From Candidatus Methanoperedenaceae archaeon (GTDB taxonomy: Archaea > Halobacteriota > Methanosarcinia > Methanosarcinales > Methanoperedenaceae): DNA of 64,000 nucleotides. Position 1 is the stretch's first letter, and each line of letters opens with the position of its first letter. Below, piece by piece: positions 8,413 to 18,321 of the stretch. Location: contig CAVWCX010000002.1 in NCBI GenBank assembly GCA_963753595.1, positions 32,001-96,000 of the forward strand, read 5' to 3'. The position numbers and the translations under genes were made by a program. The notes under the pieces are model-generated. The model was not told the DNA's origin and made no database searches. It was given only the letters and a program-made list of their open reading frames with translations.

Positions 8413-9608
8413 ATATTTATATAGTAGCAATATTTTTAATAATGGCATCGACAATAAACGCACAGGCTGATCCTTTCAATGTAACAACTGTCCTGTCAGT
8501 TCCTCACCTGACACCAGGGGACAGGAACATCGGGCTTGAATTCACGATACAAAATAACGGGGATACTTACCTTAGTAATGTTAAAGCGTATCTTTTCATA
8601 AGATACCCATTTTCTGCATCCTATCTTCCAAATAATAAGCTCGGTGAAATAAGTAATCCCGGATATCTTATCGGCGCAGGAGGATCAGGAGATGAATACA
8701 CGCCTTATTTTGATCTGTCGCCGCAAATGTCGCGAAAAACATTTTTTAAAGTAGATATTGACCGGGGCGCAAAATATGGAGAGTATGATCTACCTTATAC
8801 GATTTTTTACGATAATAAGGAATATAATGGAAAAATAACACTAACGATCAAAGGGGAGACCCTGATAGAGATAAAAAATATATCCGTGGTATCAAATAAC
8901 AACCAGGTCGAACCAGGGGAAGTTTTTAAAATACAGATCTCTTTTGAAAATGTGGGTGACAACGAAATTAAATGGTTAAAAGTCAGCCTGAATCCGAAAG
9001 ACAAAGCCCTTATCCCCCTCTCTTCGGATTCGGAAATGATCTTTAAAGATATTCCCCAGGGTTCACAGAAAAATTCGGAAATATGGTTTTCCCTGGAAAA
9101 GGATGCATCTGTTAAAAATTATCCGATAGATCTTGAACTTAATTATCTTGACGAAAGGGGTGTAGAGTATAATGAGACCAAACTTGTGGGCATAGTCGCT
9201 TCAGGAAGGGCGAATATGGACATCGCCAAAAAGATCACAGAACCTGCAAGATTAATCGCGGATCAGCCTTTTACGCTAACGATCAAGATCGAAAATACCG
9301 GCACAGGAGATGCAAAAGGAGTGACAGCACGTCTTGAATCTACACTTTCCGGGGATAATCTTGCTTATCTTGGTGAGATAAAAAAAGATGATTATTCAAA
9401 TGCGCTCTTTACACTGGATGCTGATGGCAGCGGGAAAAAAACCGGCGTTTTAAATATAACTTATGAAGATGATTTTGGAAAACATGAGATACAAAAAGAT
9501 GTGATCATTGTTGTGAATCCGGCAGAAAGCCAGAACCTCCTGCCGTTTTTAATTGGAATAATAGCAATAGCTGCCATAATACTTTACATTAATAGAAGGA
9601 AACACTGA
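8409..9608 (+). CDS. COG1361 S-layer-like secreted Ig-fold protein
   Basis: Signal peptide, repeated I.N.G...A beta-rich domains, C-terminal TM plus basic tail. Confidence 0.8.
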   Translation: MNIYIVAIFLIMASTINAQADPFNVTTVLSVPHLTPGDRNIGLEFTIQNNGDTYLSNVKAYLFIRYPFSASYLPNNKLGEISNPGYLIGAGGSGDEYTPYFDLSPQMSRKTFFKVDIDRGAKYGEYDLPYTIFYDNKEYNGKITLTIKGETLIEIKNISVVSNNNQVEPGEVFKIQISFENVGDNEIKWLKVSLNPKDKALIPLSSDSEMIFKDIPQGSQKNSEIWFSLEKDASVKNYPIDLELNYLDERGVEYNETKLVGIVASGRANMDIAKKITEPARLIADQPFTLTIKIENTGTGDAKGVTARLESTLSGDNLAYLGEIKKDDYSNALFTLDADGSGKKTGVLNITYEDDFGKHEIQKDVIIVVNPAESQNLLPFLIGIIAIAAIILYINRRKH

Positions 9609-9610
9609 TC

Positions 9611-10780
9611 ATGAAAGCCTGGCTGTTCCTTGCCATAAAGGATATGTCAAAAAGAAGGCGTGAAACACTGATGGTCATCCTGGCCATAACGATAGGCGTC
9701 GTTGGTCCGCTCTTTACTACTGCATTGAATAACGGGATGCAGGATGCGTTCGTTGGAAATACCGTTAATGTCTATACAGGTCATTTGCAGATCCAGCCCA
9801 ATACAGGCGATAGCTTTATTGCAAAATCAGAAAGCGTGCTTTCAAAAGTCACAGGGATAAATGGCATTGTAGGGGCCGCTCCCCGAATAACAGGTGGAGT
9901 AGATATCGAATCAAGAACCGAAAAAATGGGTATAGCGATATTCGGTGTAAAGCCATCACTTGAAGAAAAGGCCTCCACACTGTCAAAAACATTGGAAAGG
10001 GGAGACTTCCTTGATGACAAGGATAAATATGAATTGCTGGTTGGCACTTCACTTTCAGAAGTAATGAAAATCGATGTCGGGGATACTGTCCTTCTCACAT
10101 ATCAGGATAGGAAAACCGTAGAGTTCAGGGTTAAGGGTATCATCAGTACAGGTACATTTGAACTTGACAGGTATGCAATTATAGCGAATTACAATACCGT
10201 TAAGGAACTAATCGAAAAAGATGAAGCCAGCAATATCGTTATACGACTTGAGAACCCTGAAGAATCTGCGAAGTATAAATTAATTCTCCAGAAAGAGACC
10301 GCACTTCCCAATGTAAAAACCTGGCAGGAACTTTCAGCAGGGATGGCGGGAATGATAGAGACCTTCGGGGTAATATCCATGATGACATCAGGGGTTTCCG
10401 TGTTTGTTGCAGCGATCGCTATCAGTTTGATCATTTATACAACCGTCCGAAATAAGATTCGTGAGATCGGCGTCATGAAAGCAATAGGCGCAAGAGGTGA
10501 AATGATCCTTAAGATATATCTTGCTGAAGCTTTGTTCATTGGTATTATCGGGACTTCACTGGGTACTATGATCGGTTTATTTCTTGTACATGGAATGCAG
10601 CAGAATCCACTTATCATGACGCCGGAATACGGTATGAAACTTATAATCATGCCCAGGATATCATTTAATTCTATAATGGCTGCAGATCTATCGATACTTC
10701 TCACATGCATCATTGGCGGGATATATCCTGCAATGATAGCAGCAAGGACAAATATCATTAAAGCAATATGGAGCGGATAA
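9611..10780 (+). CDS. ABC transporter permease (FtsX/LolE/MacB type)
   Basis: REIGVMKAIGA, GIYPA, one N-terminal and three C-terminal TM segments. Confidence 0.9.
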   Translation: MKAWLFLAIKDMSKRRRETLMVILAITIGVVGPLFTTALNNGMQDAFVGNTVNVYTGHLQIQPNTGDSFIAKSESVLSKVTGINGIVGAAPRITGGVDIESRTEKMGIAIFGVKPSLEEKASTLSKTLERGDFLDDKDKYELLVGTSLSEVMKIDVGDTVLLTYQDRKTVEFRVKGIISTGTFELDRYAIIANYNTVKELIEKDEASNIVIRLENPEESAKYKLILQKETALPNVKTWQELSAGMAGMIETFGVISMMTSGVSVFVAAIAISLIIYTTVRNKIREIGVMKAIGARGEMILKIYLAEALFIGIIGTSLGTMIGLFLVHGMQQNPLIMTPEYGMKLIIMPRISFNSIMAADLSILLTCIIGGIYPAMIAARTNIIKAIWSG

Positions 10781-11433
10781 TTTTGATAGAAATCAATAAC
10801 CTTAAGAAAACATATTATATGGGTAAAATTGAGGTGCCGGCTCTTCGGGGAATTGATATTAATATCGAAAGGGGTGAATTTGTGGCGCTTATGGGTCCAT
10901 CGGGAAGCGGAAAATCAACACTTTTGAATATGATCGGCCTGCTGGATACCCCAACATCAGGGGAAATAGTTATAGATGGGATCGAAGTATCAACCCTGGA
11001 TGAAAATGAGATGGCTGATTTTCGGCTCAGGAAAATGGGGTTCGTTTTCCAGTTCTTCAGCCTGCTCAAGGAACTTAATTCGCTTGAAAATGTTGCACTG
11101 CCGATGATAATGGATGACCGGAAATATGACCATGCAGCTTCACTTCTGGAACTTGTGGGAATTGGTGACAGGGCGGATCATTCCCCAAGTGAGCTTTCAG
11201 GAGGACAGCAGCAGCGCGTAGCGATTGCCCGGGCACTTGCGAATGAGCCGGCTATTCTGCTGGCTGATGAGCCCACAGCAAATCTTGATACGGAGTCATC
11301 AAACCAGATCGTTGACATATTTCGTGAATTGAACGAAAAAGGACAAACTATTGTCATGGTGACGCATGAACCTGAACTTGGTGAGAAAGCTGACAGGATA
11401 ATAAGGATAAAGGATGGGAAAGTGGTTGCTTGA
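10768..11433 (+). CDS. ABC transporter ATP-binding protein (LolD/MacB type)
   Basis: GPSGSGKST, LSGGQQQR, LLADEPT, VTHE. Confidence 0.95.
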   Translation: MERIILIEINNLKKTYYMGKIEVPALRGIDINIERGEFVALMGPSGSGKSTLLNMIGLLDTPTSGEIVIDGIEVSTLDENEMADFRLRKMGFVFQFFSLLKELNSLENVALPMIMDDRKYDHAASLLELVGIGDRADHSPSELSGGQQQRVAIARALANEPAILLADEPTANLDTESSNQIVDIFRELNEKGQTIVMVTHEPELGEKADRIIRIKDGKVVA

Positions 11434-11581
11434 AAAGTAGGATTTAAGAATCAAAAGCAAGAGAAAGATTTGGAGTATAAGGATAAAGAAACTTTTGGGT
11501 GAAGTTCGGGTAAAAGATTATAACAAATTAAATTTTATAATGGTCATTAATAGGTAAAAACGGGAAAGTGTGAGTGGGAAT

Positions 11582-11710
11582 ATGTTTGAAACCCGTGAAG
11601 AAAGAGTGAAATTATTAAAATCAGGTATCGATGGCAGAACGATAGAAAAGCTTTATATTAGGCATAATAATTTTAAAATTATTAATCGACCTTTACTTTT
11701 TGAAAAATAA
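11582..11710 (+). CDS. Small hypothetical protein (42 aa), not in ORF track
   Basis: MFETREERVKLLKSGIDGRTIEKLYIRHNNFKIINRPLLFEK*, GAGTGGGA SD-like motif upstream. Confidence 0.55.
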   Translation: MFETREERVKLLKSGIDGRTIEKLYIRHNNFKIINRPLLFEK

Positions 11711-11828
11711 TCCGCCCGTTTGGCATATTAAAATTTACATGAGCATGTAAACCGCTTATACAAAAAAGTAAAAAGATGAGTGAACTATAAGTATATTAGT
11801 TTATATTGAATCAAACGGGACTTTATAT

Positions 11829-13361
11829 ATGCTCGGAAAGAAAAACATAAAAATTACCCGGGATATTTCTGAAAATAAGAAAGAGGAAATGGATCTAAAA
11901 GAATCCTATGCACAATACAGGGAACTCTTTGACAATGCCAGTGATTGTATTTATACTATCGATCTTAATGGCAATTTTCTCACTGTTAATAATTCAGTAG
12001 TCAAAGCCATGATGTGTGACTCAACGCAAGAAGTTCTTGAATCTAATATTTATAAATGGATGACCCCTGAGAGCCAGGAAAAAGCATTAAAGTTCATGCA
12101 GGAAGTCATCAATGAAGATGACTACTATAAAAAATCAGTTGTAATAGAGATTATACGAAAAGATGGGGAGCATGATTGGTTAGAACATAAACTAAGACCG
12201 ATCAAAGGTAAAAATAACAATATTATCGGACTACATGGTATAGGCCGTAATATAACTGAAAAGATCAGATCGGAAGAGAAGATAAAAGCATCTGAGGCTC
12301 TTTATAAAGACCTCTTTGAAAATGCTAATGATTTTATCTATACACATGATTTGAAGGGAAATATCCAGAGTATTAATAAAATTGGATTGGAATTACTCGA
12401 TGTGACTGAAGAAGAAATACTCGGAACAAACGTATTAACGTGGGTGACGCCTGAAAGTGCTAAAAAAATTGAAGACCGTTTCAGGAAGATTTACTTAAAC
12501 CAGCCTTTAGAGCCCAGTATCATTATAGAAGCGATAAACAAGAAAGGGGAACATCAATGGGCCGAAGCAAGAACAAGGCTCCTTAAAGATGGAAATAAAA
12601 TAATCGGTATACATGGTATAATGAGAGATATAACCGAGAAAATGAAGCTGGAGAAGGAGCTCAAGGAAAATAATGAAAAACTGGAACGATCATATTATGA
12701 ACTCAAAGTTTCCGAAGCAAAATACCGTGACCTCTTTGAAAACGCCCAGGATGCCATGTATGTGCTTGATACTAAATCCAATATTTTGAAAATGAATCGG
12801 ATCGGGCTTGAAATACTCGGCGGTTCACCGGAGGAAGTTATTGGATCGAACATTTTTAAATGGATCACTCCAGACAGCCAGAAGATCATTAATGAACGCC
12901 AAAAAAAACGTCTTTCCGGGGATAACGTGAGCAATACTGATCTACTTGAGGTCGTTTGCAAGAATGGGGAGCACCGCTGGGCTGAGATAAGGACCCGAGA
13001 AATAAAAAACGGAGACAGGACAATAGAAATTCATGGGATAGCCAGGGATGTTACTGAAAATAGATTATTGAAACAGGAACTCAGGAAATCCAATAAGCAA
13101 CAAAAGCTTCTATGTTATCTGATCCAGGGTACTCGCGGAGGAAAGACCCGGGCATTGATCCTGAAACATCTTTCGGATAAATCATATAATGCAAATCAAT
13201 TATCAACAGCTTTGAATATGGATTATAAGACTATCAGGCATCATCTTAATGTTCTAATTAAGAATGGAATAATCGCAAAAGGTAACGATGGATACTCAGA
13301 TTTATATTACCTTTCAAATAATATAAACCTGAATTTAAATGAAATTGAGAGTAAAATATAA
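11829..13361 (+). CDS. Triple PAS domain protein with C-terminal ArsR-like wHTH
   Basis: 3x (Y.DLF.NA.D...HGI.RD.TE)-type PAS/PAC repeats; GTRGGKTRALIL...YNANQLSTALNMDYKTIRHHL. Confidence 0.9.
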   Translation: MLGKKNIKITRDISENKKEEMDLKESYAQYRELFDNASDCIYTIDLNGNFLTVNNSVVKAMMCDSTQEVLESNIYKWMTPESQEKALKFMQEVINEDDYYKKSVVIEIIRKDGEHDWLEHKLRPIKGKNNNIIGLHGIGRNITEKIRSEEKIKASEALYKDLFENANDFIYTHDLKGNIQSINKIGLELLDVTEEEILGTNVLTWVTPESAKKIEDRFRKIYLNQPLEPSIIIEAINKKGEHQWAEARTRLLKDGNKIIGIHGIMRDITEKMKLEKELKENNEKLERSYYELKVSEAKYRDLFENAQDAMYVLDTKSNILKMNRIGLEILGGSPEEVIGSNIFKWITPDSQKIINERQKKRLSGDNVSNTDLLEVVCKNGEHRWAEIRTREIKNGDRTIEIHGIARDVTENRLLKQELRKSNKQQKLLCYLIQGTRGGKTRALILKHLSDKSYNANQLSTALNMDYKTIRHHLNVLIKNGIIAKGNDGYSDLYYLSNNINLNLNEIESKI

Positions 13362-13369
13362 AGAAGATT

Positions 13370-13759
13370 TTATGACAGCTTCTTTCCCGTCTTTTCAAGA
13401 TAATCCTTGATCGCTGCGTGTAATCCATCTGCCGCAAGATTGGAGCAATGCAATTTAACCTGTGGAAGCCCGTCAAGCGCTTCTGCCACATTCCCGCGGG
13501 AAATTTTAAGCCCTTCTTCAAGCGTCTTTCCTTTTGCAAGTTCAGTGATCATGCTGCTTGTTGCGATCGCAGCCCCGCAGCCAAAGGTCTTGAACTTGAC
13601 ATCTACAAGTATGTTATCTTTAACCTTGATGTAAATCCACATCACGTCGCCGCATGTTGGATTTCCAACCTTTCCTATCCCGTCAGCATCAGGTATCTCG
13701 CCAACATTTCGCGGGTTGGCGAAATGATCCATTACTTTTTCACTGTATCCTTCACTCAT
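13370..13759 (-). CDS. iscU: Fe-S cluster scaffold IscU/NifU
   Basis: HFANPRNVG, GNPTCGD, FKTFGCGAAIA, KLHCS. Confidence 0.95.
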   Translation of the reverse strand: MSEGYSEKVMDHFANPRNVGEIPDADGIGKVGNPTCGDVMWIYIKVKDNILVDVKFKTFGCGAAIATSSMITELAKGKTLEEGLKISRGNVAEALDGLPQVKLHCSNLAADGLHAAIKDYLEKTGKKLS

Positions 13760-13761
13760 TT

Positions 13762-14913
13762 TTACCTCGAAAGCGGAGATATCATCCGCAATTTATTAAC
13801 AATATCAGGCAGCACCGAGATGACATAGTCAACATCCTCCTGTGTATTTTCCCGCCCAAGTGTTAATCTCAGTGACCCGTGAGCTTCCTCAGGCACTAGA
13901 CCAATAGCCATTAACACATGTGAAGGTTCAAGGGAGGTGGATGAACACGCAGAACCGGTTGACGCCGCCACTCCTTTCATATCAAGATTCAATATCATGG
14001 ATTCGCCTTCAATAAAGCTGAACCTGAAATTTGCATTATTGGGAAGGCGTTTTGCTGGATGGCCATTAAGGTATGAATCCTTGATATCAAGAACGCCTTT
14101 AATTAGTGAATCCCTCAAAGCTGCTAAATCTGACTCATGGGGGAGTCGCTCCTTTGCAAGTTCGCATGCTTTACCAAAACCAACGATCCCCGGAACGTTT
14201 TCTGTGCTTGAGCGGATATTTCTTTCATGTCCGCCACCATGCAATAATGGTTCGATGGATGTGCCTTTCCTGATGTACAGGGCGCCAACGCCTTTTGGCC
14301 CGTATATTTTATGGGCGCTTATCGATAACATAGAAACACCTAGAGCGTCAACATTTACAGGGATTTTTCCTATTGTTTGTACGGCATCGGTATGGAACGT
14401 GATTTGTTTTTCTTTTGCTAACTTTCCTATTTCCTCAATTGGCTGGATCGTTCCAATTTCATTATTTGCGTGCATTATAGTTATCAAAATTGTTTGCGGA
14501 GTGATCGCTTTTTCAACATCAGCAGGGTTCACTATTCCCTCTTTGCTCACAGGAAGGTATGTAACTTTGAAACCATTTTTTTCCAGGTATTTACAGGTAT
14601 GAAGAACTGCATGATGTTCGATCGAGCTTGTTATGATATGGTCGCCTTTTCCACGGTTCTTGAAAGCGCATCCTTTTATCGCAAGGTTGTCGGATTCTGT
14701 CCCGCTGCCTGTGAATATGATCTCCTCTTTTTTAGCGCCTATGAGGTCGGCGACAAGCTGTCTTGCTTCCTCGACAGCTCTTCTTGCCTGCCTGCCTATC
14801 GTGTAGAGACTTGAGGGATTCCCGTATTTTTCAGAAAAATAAGGAAGCATAGCTTGCGTGACCGCAGGGTCAGTCGCGGTCGTAGCGCTGTGATCCATAT
14901 AAACTTGTTTCAT
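13762..14913 (-). CDS. iscS: Cysteine desulfurase IscS/NifS
   Basis: DHSATT, GNPSS, SAHKIYGPKG, STGSACSS. Confidence 0.96.
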   Translation of the reverse strand: MKQVYMDHSATTATDPAVTQAMLPYFSEKYGNPSSLYTIGRQARRAVEEARQLVADLIGAKKEEIIFTGSGTESDNLAIKGCAFKNRGKGDHIITSSIEHHAVLHTCKYLEKNGFKVTYLPVSKEGIVNPADVEKAITPQTILITIMHANNEIGTIQPIEEIGKLAKEKQITFHTDAVQTIGKIPVNVDALGVSMLSISAHKIYGPKGVGALYIRKGTSIEPLLHGGGHERNIRSSTENVPGIVGFGKACELAKERLPHESDLAALRDSLIKGVLDIKDSYLNGHPAKRLPNNANFRFSFIEGESMILNLDMKGVAASTGSACSSTSLEPSHVLMAIGLVPEEAHGSLRLTLGRENTQEDVDYVISVLPDIVNKLRMISPLSR

Positions 14914-14973
14914 AATGTTTTATCGTATGACTTAAATTGGAATATACTTAACGATGCAGACTCAAAAAGGCTC

Positions 14974-15111
14974 TTAGCCTTTTTGATGTTTGAAAAACTC
15001 TACCTGGCGTAGTCTTTTCCTGGCTTCCTCCTCAGTTTTGTAAGGTCCTCCTAAGTTACGGCTGGTTTTTTCGGAAAGGACGTAATAGCCGTCTTCTTTC
15101 TTGACAATCAC
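14974..15111 (-). CDS. Small basic hypothetical protein (45 aa), not in ORF track
   Basis: GTG start after GGAGG; MIVKKEDGYYVLSEKTSRNLGGPYKTEEEARKRLRQVEFFKHQKG*. Confidence 0.7.
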   Translation of the reverse strand: MIVKKEDGYYVLSEKTSRNLGGPYKTEEEARKRLRQVEFFKHQKG

Positions 15112-15189
15112 ATTTCCAACCTCCTTTCATTCTATTTTCTAATTGCTTAAACTGATTAAAACGAATTAAAATACGCAGTCAGCCAGTTC

Positions 15190-16422
15190 CTACGGACTGA
15201 ACAACCCGATGGTCTTTCCCAGCGTATCCACAAATTTCTTCGCTTCATCCTCAGTATTATACAAATATAATGAAGCCCGCACAGCAGCCTCGCATTTCCT
15301 GTAGTTGAACCATGAATGCACGCAGAATGCTCCCGAGCGCACTTCTATGTTCCCGGTCTCATCAAGAATAAGTGCGATATCATGGGCATCACCACCTTTT
15401 GGAAGCTCGACCGTAAATGAAATAATGCCTCCCCTGAGATTCGGATCCTCAGGGCCTATGATCTTTAATCCGGGCATGTCCTTAATTCCTTTAGTAATAA
15501 TGGTATTGAGCCGCCTTTCATGCTCCTCGATATTCGACAGCCCAACGTCGCTGATATAATCTACTGCTGCCCCGGAACCTATGATGCCGGCATAATTCTG
15601 GAGGCCTGCCTCGAATTTCTCCGGCGGAGGAAGGAATTTTGCTCCTTCATACGTTGTGTCGCTAACCGTATCCCCGCCAACGATAAAGGGTGCTATCTCT
15701 TCAAGCAGGTTATGTTTGCCATAGAGCACCCCCATGCCTGTAGGGCCTGCCATCTTATGCATGGAAAAAGCAAAGAAATCCACATCAAGCGCCTTTACAT
15801 CTACAGCTTTGTGAGGTGCGCTCTGGGCTCCGTCAAGCATTACTAGCGAGCCGTGGTCGTGGGCGATCTTTATTATTTCTTTTACAGGGATAGTATAGCC
15901 GTCAAGGTTTGCGGTTTGTACCATGCTTACAAGCCGCACGTTCTTGTTTGTATCAAATAGTCCGGAAAATGCATCAAGATCGAAGGTGTTGTCGGGATTT
16001 GAATGAACAACAATATGCTTTATCCCTCTTTTATATGCCTGCACCTGCCAGGGGACGAGATTTGAATTATGTTCCCTGTCAGTTGTAAGGACAATGTCGC
16101 CATTTTTGAAATCGATCGAATTGGCAACCAGATTCAATCCTTCGGTAGTGTTTCGCACGAAGATTATCTCTTCAGGGCAGGACGCCCCCAGGAACTTCTG
16201 GATTTTCTCCCTGGCTTGTGTGACTTTCTCATCAACTTTTTTTGCCATCTTGTGAATGGAACGCCCGCCACATACCGGATATTCATTATAATATTCATCC
16301 ATTGCATCTATTACAAGCTTTGGCTTAAGGGTCATGCATGCATTATCAAAATAAATGGGGTATTTACCATTCCATTTCTTCCCCAGTGCCGGAAAGTCAC
16401 GGCGGATTTTCTGGATGTCCAT
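15190..16422 (-). CDS. SufS-type (group II) cysteine desulfurase / class V aminotransferase
   Basis: YFDNA, EHNSNLVPW, DGAQS, SMHKMAGPTG, RSGAFCV. Confidence 0.9.
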   Translation of the reverse strand: MDIQKIRRDFPALGKKWNGKYPIYFDNACMTLKPKLVIDAMDEYYNEYPVCGGRSIHKMAKKVDEKVTQAREKIQKFLGASCPEEIIFVRNTTEGLNLVANSIDFKNGDIVLTTDREHNSNLVPWQVQAYKRGIKHIVVHSNPDNTFDLDAFSGLFDTNKNVRLVSMVQTANLDGYTIPVKEIIKIAHDHGSLVMLDGAQSAPHKAVDVKALDVDFFAFSMHKMAGPTGMGVLYGKHNLLEEIAPFIVGGDTVSDTTYEGAKFLPPPEKFEAGLQNYAGIIGSGAAVDYISDVGLSNIEEHERRLNTIITKGIKDMPGLKIIGPEDPNLRGGIISFTVELPKGGDAHDIALILDETGNIEVRSGAFCVHSWFNYRKCEAAVRASLYLYNTEDEAKKFVDTLGKTIGLFSP

Positions 16423-16474
16423 TGTAGATACTCCAATGCTAAAATCCAATATATAGTTTAATGTTTATCAGCGC

Positions 16475-17059
16475 TTACCAGTTTTCTGCCAGTACCTCAA
16501 AATACGATCGCGCATGATTGCATGCAGGACAGTCCTTCGGAGCTTCCGTGCCTTCATGGATATAACCACAATTCCTGCAGTGCCATTTTACAGTTTTATT
16601 TTTCTTAAAGACAGAACCCTCTTTTATGTTACTTATGAGCCTCCTGTATCGCAATTCATGGAACTGTTCCACCTCGGAAACTTCAGTAAAAGATACGGCG
16701 ACTTTCGGGAATCCTTCTTTTTCTGCAATCTTTGCAAATCCCGGATAAAGAGTTCCCCATTCAAGTTTTTCCCCTTCTGCTGCTGCAAACAGGTTATCTG
16801 GTGTTTTCCCGATGACTCCTGCCGGGTACATTGCTGTTATTTCCACATTTCCACCCTGGAGGTGCTTGAAAAAGATCTTTGCATGTTCTTTTTCGTTATC
16901 CGCGGTCTCAAGAAAAATCGCAGATATTTGTTCATATCCTTCATTTTTTGCGGCGCTGGCAAAGTAAGTATATCGGTTCCTTGCCTGGGATTCCCCGGCA
17001 AAAGCTGCAAGAAGGTTTTTTTCAGTCTGGCTTCCTTTAAGATTTTTTTCTGATGTCAT
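16475..17059 (-). CDS. rbr: Rubrerythrin
   Basis: AFAGESQARNRY, NEKEH, CRNCGY...CPAC. Confidence 0.95.
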   Translation of the reverse strand: MTSEKNLKGSQTEKNLLAAFAGESQARNRYTYFASAAKNEGYEQISAIFLETADNEKEHAKIFFKHLQGGNVEITAMYPAGVIGKTPDNLFAAAEGEKLEWGTLYPGFAKIAEKEGFPKVAVSFTEVSEVEQFHELRYRRLISNIKEGSVFKKNKTVKWHCRNCGYIHEGTEAPKDCPACNHARSYFEVLAENW

Positions 17060-17114
17060 GATTTTAACTTCCCGTCTTTAATATGCATTTTGAACTTATA
17101 AAGCTTGTAAATCT

Positions 17115-17501
17115 TCAATATACTTCAATTTCAATTGCTGTTACCTTTGCGATTTCCAGGAAATCCCTATCCCTGGAGACTATCTTATCTGCCCCATTCC
17201 TTATAGCAATACCTGCTATAAGAACATCAAGAGTATTCACTATTTTTCCAATACTTAGCAGTCTTGCCATAACTTCACTTGATTCTTCCGATGCCCTGAT
17301 ATCAAAGTCAAGTATCTTTATATCAGAAAAGAATCTTCGCATCAGGGTCTCTTCTTTTCGGGCTTTTTTATGCTTGATTCCGGAGAGAATTTCATGATGT
17401 GTTATTACAGTGGTCACAGCATCAGAAGTTCCTACAATATCAAAGGATTTATTTTTGCCTTTGAAATAATCGATAATAACGCTGGTGTCAAGGACAATCA
17501 T
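17115..17501 (-). CDS. vapC: VapC PIN-domain toxin
   Basis: MIVLDTSVIID...DVLIAG...SRDRDF; ATGA overlap with the antitoxin. Confidence 0.9.
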   Translation of the reverse strand: MIVLDTSVIIDYFKGKNKSFDIVGTSDAVTTVITHHEILSGIKHKKARKEETLMRRFFSDIKILDFDIRASEESSEVMARLLSIGKIVNTLDVLIAGIAIRNGADKIVSRDRDFLEIAKVTAIEIEVY

Positions 17502-17716
17502 ATCCTGTGCCTCGCAGCAGCTCTTATTTTCTTGCAATCATCTTCTATTTCATCAAGTGTTTTGCTATCTTTCAGGGCTCCAAAATACTCACCAATCTGG
17601 GATCTCTTCATTTTCGTAAGCTTACCTATCACATCACTGAAACTCTCATTCTCTCTTTTCAGACTCTTGAGCATCTCGTAAACATCTTCGCGTATTGATA
17701 TTGTCTTAGTTGCCAT
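17498..17716 (-). CDS. vapB: VapB-type antitoxin (DUF217-like)
   Basis: KTISIREDVYEML..LK...ESFSDVI. Confidence 0.88.
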   Translation of the reverse strand: MATKTISIREDVYEMLKSLKRENESFSDVIGKLTKMKRSQIGEYFGALKDSKTLDEIEDDCKKIRAAARHRI

Positions 17717-17744
17717 ATATCTGTGTATGCATACACAGATATAT
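17715..17744. promoter_or_regulatory. Perfect 30-bp palindrome at the vapB start (operator)
   Basis: ATATATCTGTGTATGCATACACAGATATAT. Confidence 0.7.
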
Positions 17745-17748
17745 ATTA

Positions 17749-18321
17749 TTATTCTTTACTTTGTGACAGAAAATTCTCCACTATCTTTAAACCATGCGGC
17801 GTAAGCACTGATTCAGGATGGAACTGCAATCCGTATATCGGTCTTTCCTTATGCTTAATTCCCATGATGATGCCATCTTCCGTATGTGCTGTAACCTCAA
17901 GCGCCTCTGGCAATCTTTGAATTGCAAGTGAATGATATCTTCCACCCACAAGCGGATCGGGCAATCCCTGGAATATTCCTTTTCCATTATGATTTATGGG
18001 ACTTGTTTTCCCGTGCTGCGGCCCCGAAGGAGAATGAGCCACCTCGCCGCCGAAAGCCACTGCTATCGCCTGGTGGCCAAGACATACACCAAGGAGAGGT
18101 ACGGTTGATTCCCTGATAATATCAAGGCAATTCCCGATATCCCTTGGGATAGAAGGATGACCGGGGCCAGGGGATATCACTATCGCATCCGGGTTTATAT
18201 CCCTGACTTCTTTTAGTGAAATTGTGTTGGGAACGACAACGGTATCAGGCTCAAATATGGACACATAATCAACAAGATTCCAGACAAAGGAATCCTTATT
18301 GTTTACAAATAATACTTTCAT
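17749..18321 (-). CDS. trpG: Anthranilate synthase component II
   Basis: DSFVWNL, SPGPG, GVCLGHQ, QFHPES. Confidence 0.95.
   Translation of the reverse strand: MKVLFVNNKDSFVWNLVDYVSIFEPDTVVVPNTISLKEVRDINPDAIVISPGPGHPSIPRDIGNCLDIIRESTVPLLGVCLGHQAIAVAFGGEVAHSPSGPQHGKTSPINHNGKGIFQGLPDPLVGGRYHSLAIQRLPEALEVTAHTEDGIIMGIKHKERPIYGLQFHPESVLTPHGLKIVENFLSQSKE

Noticed and set aside
13937-14602. Long antisense ORFs, e.g. 13937-14602, 24431-25105, 47093-47815
   Set aside because: Shadows of well-supported genes on the opposite strand, with no recognisable motifs.
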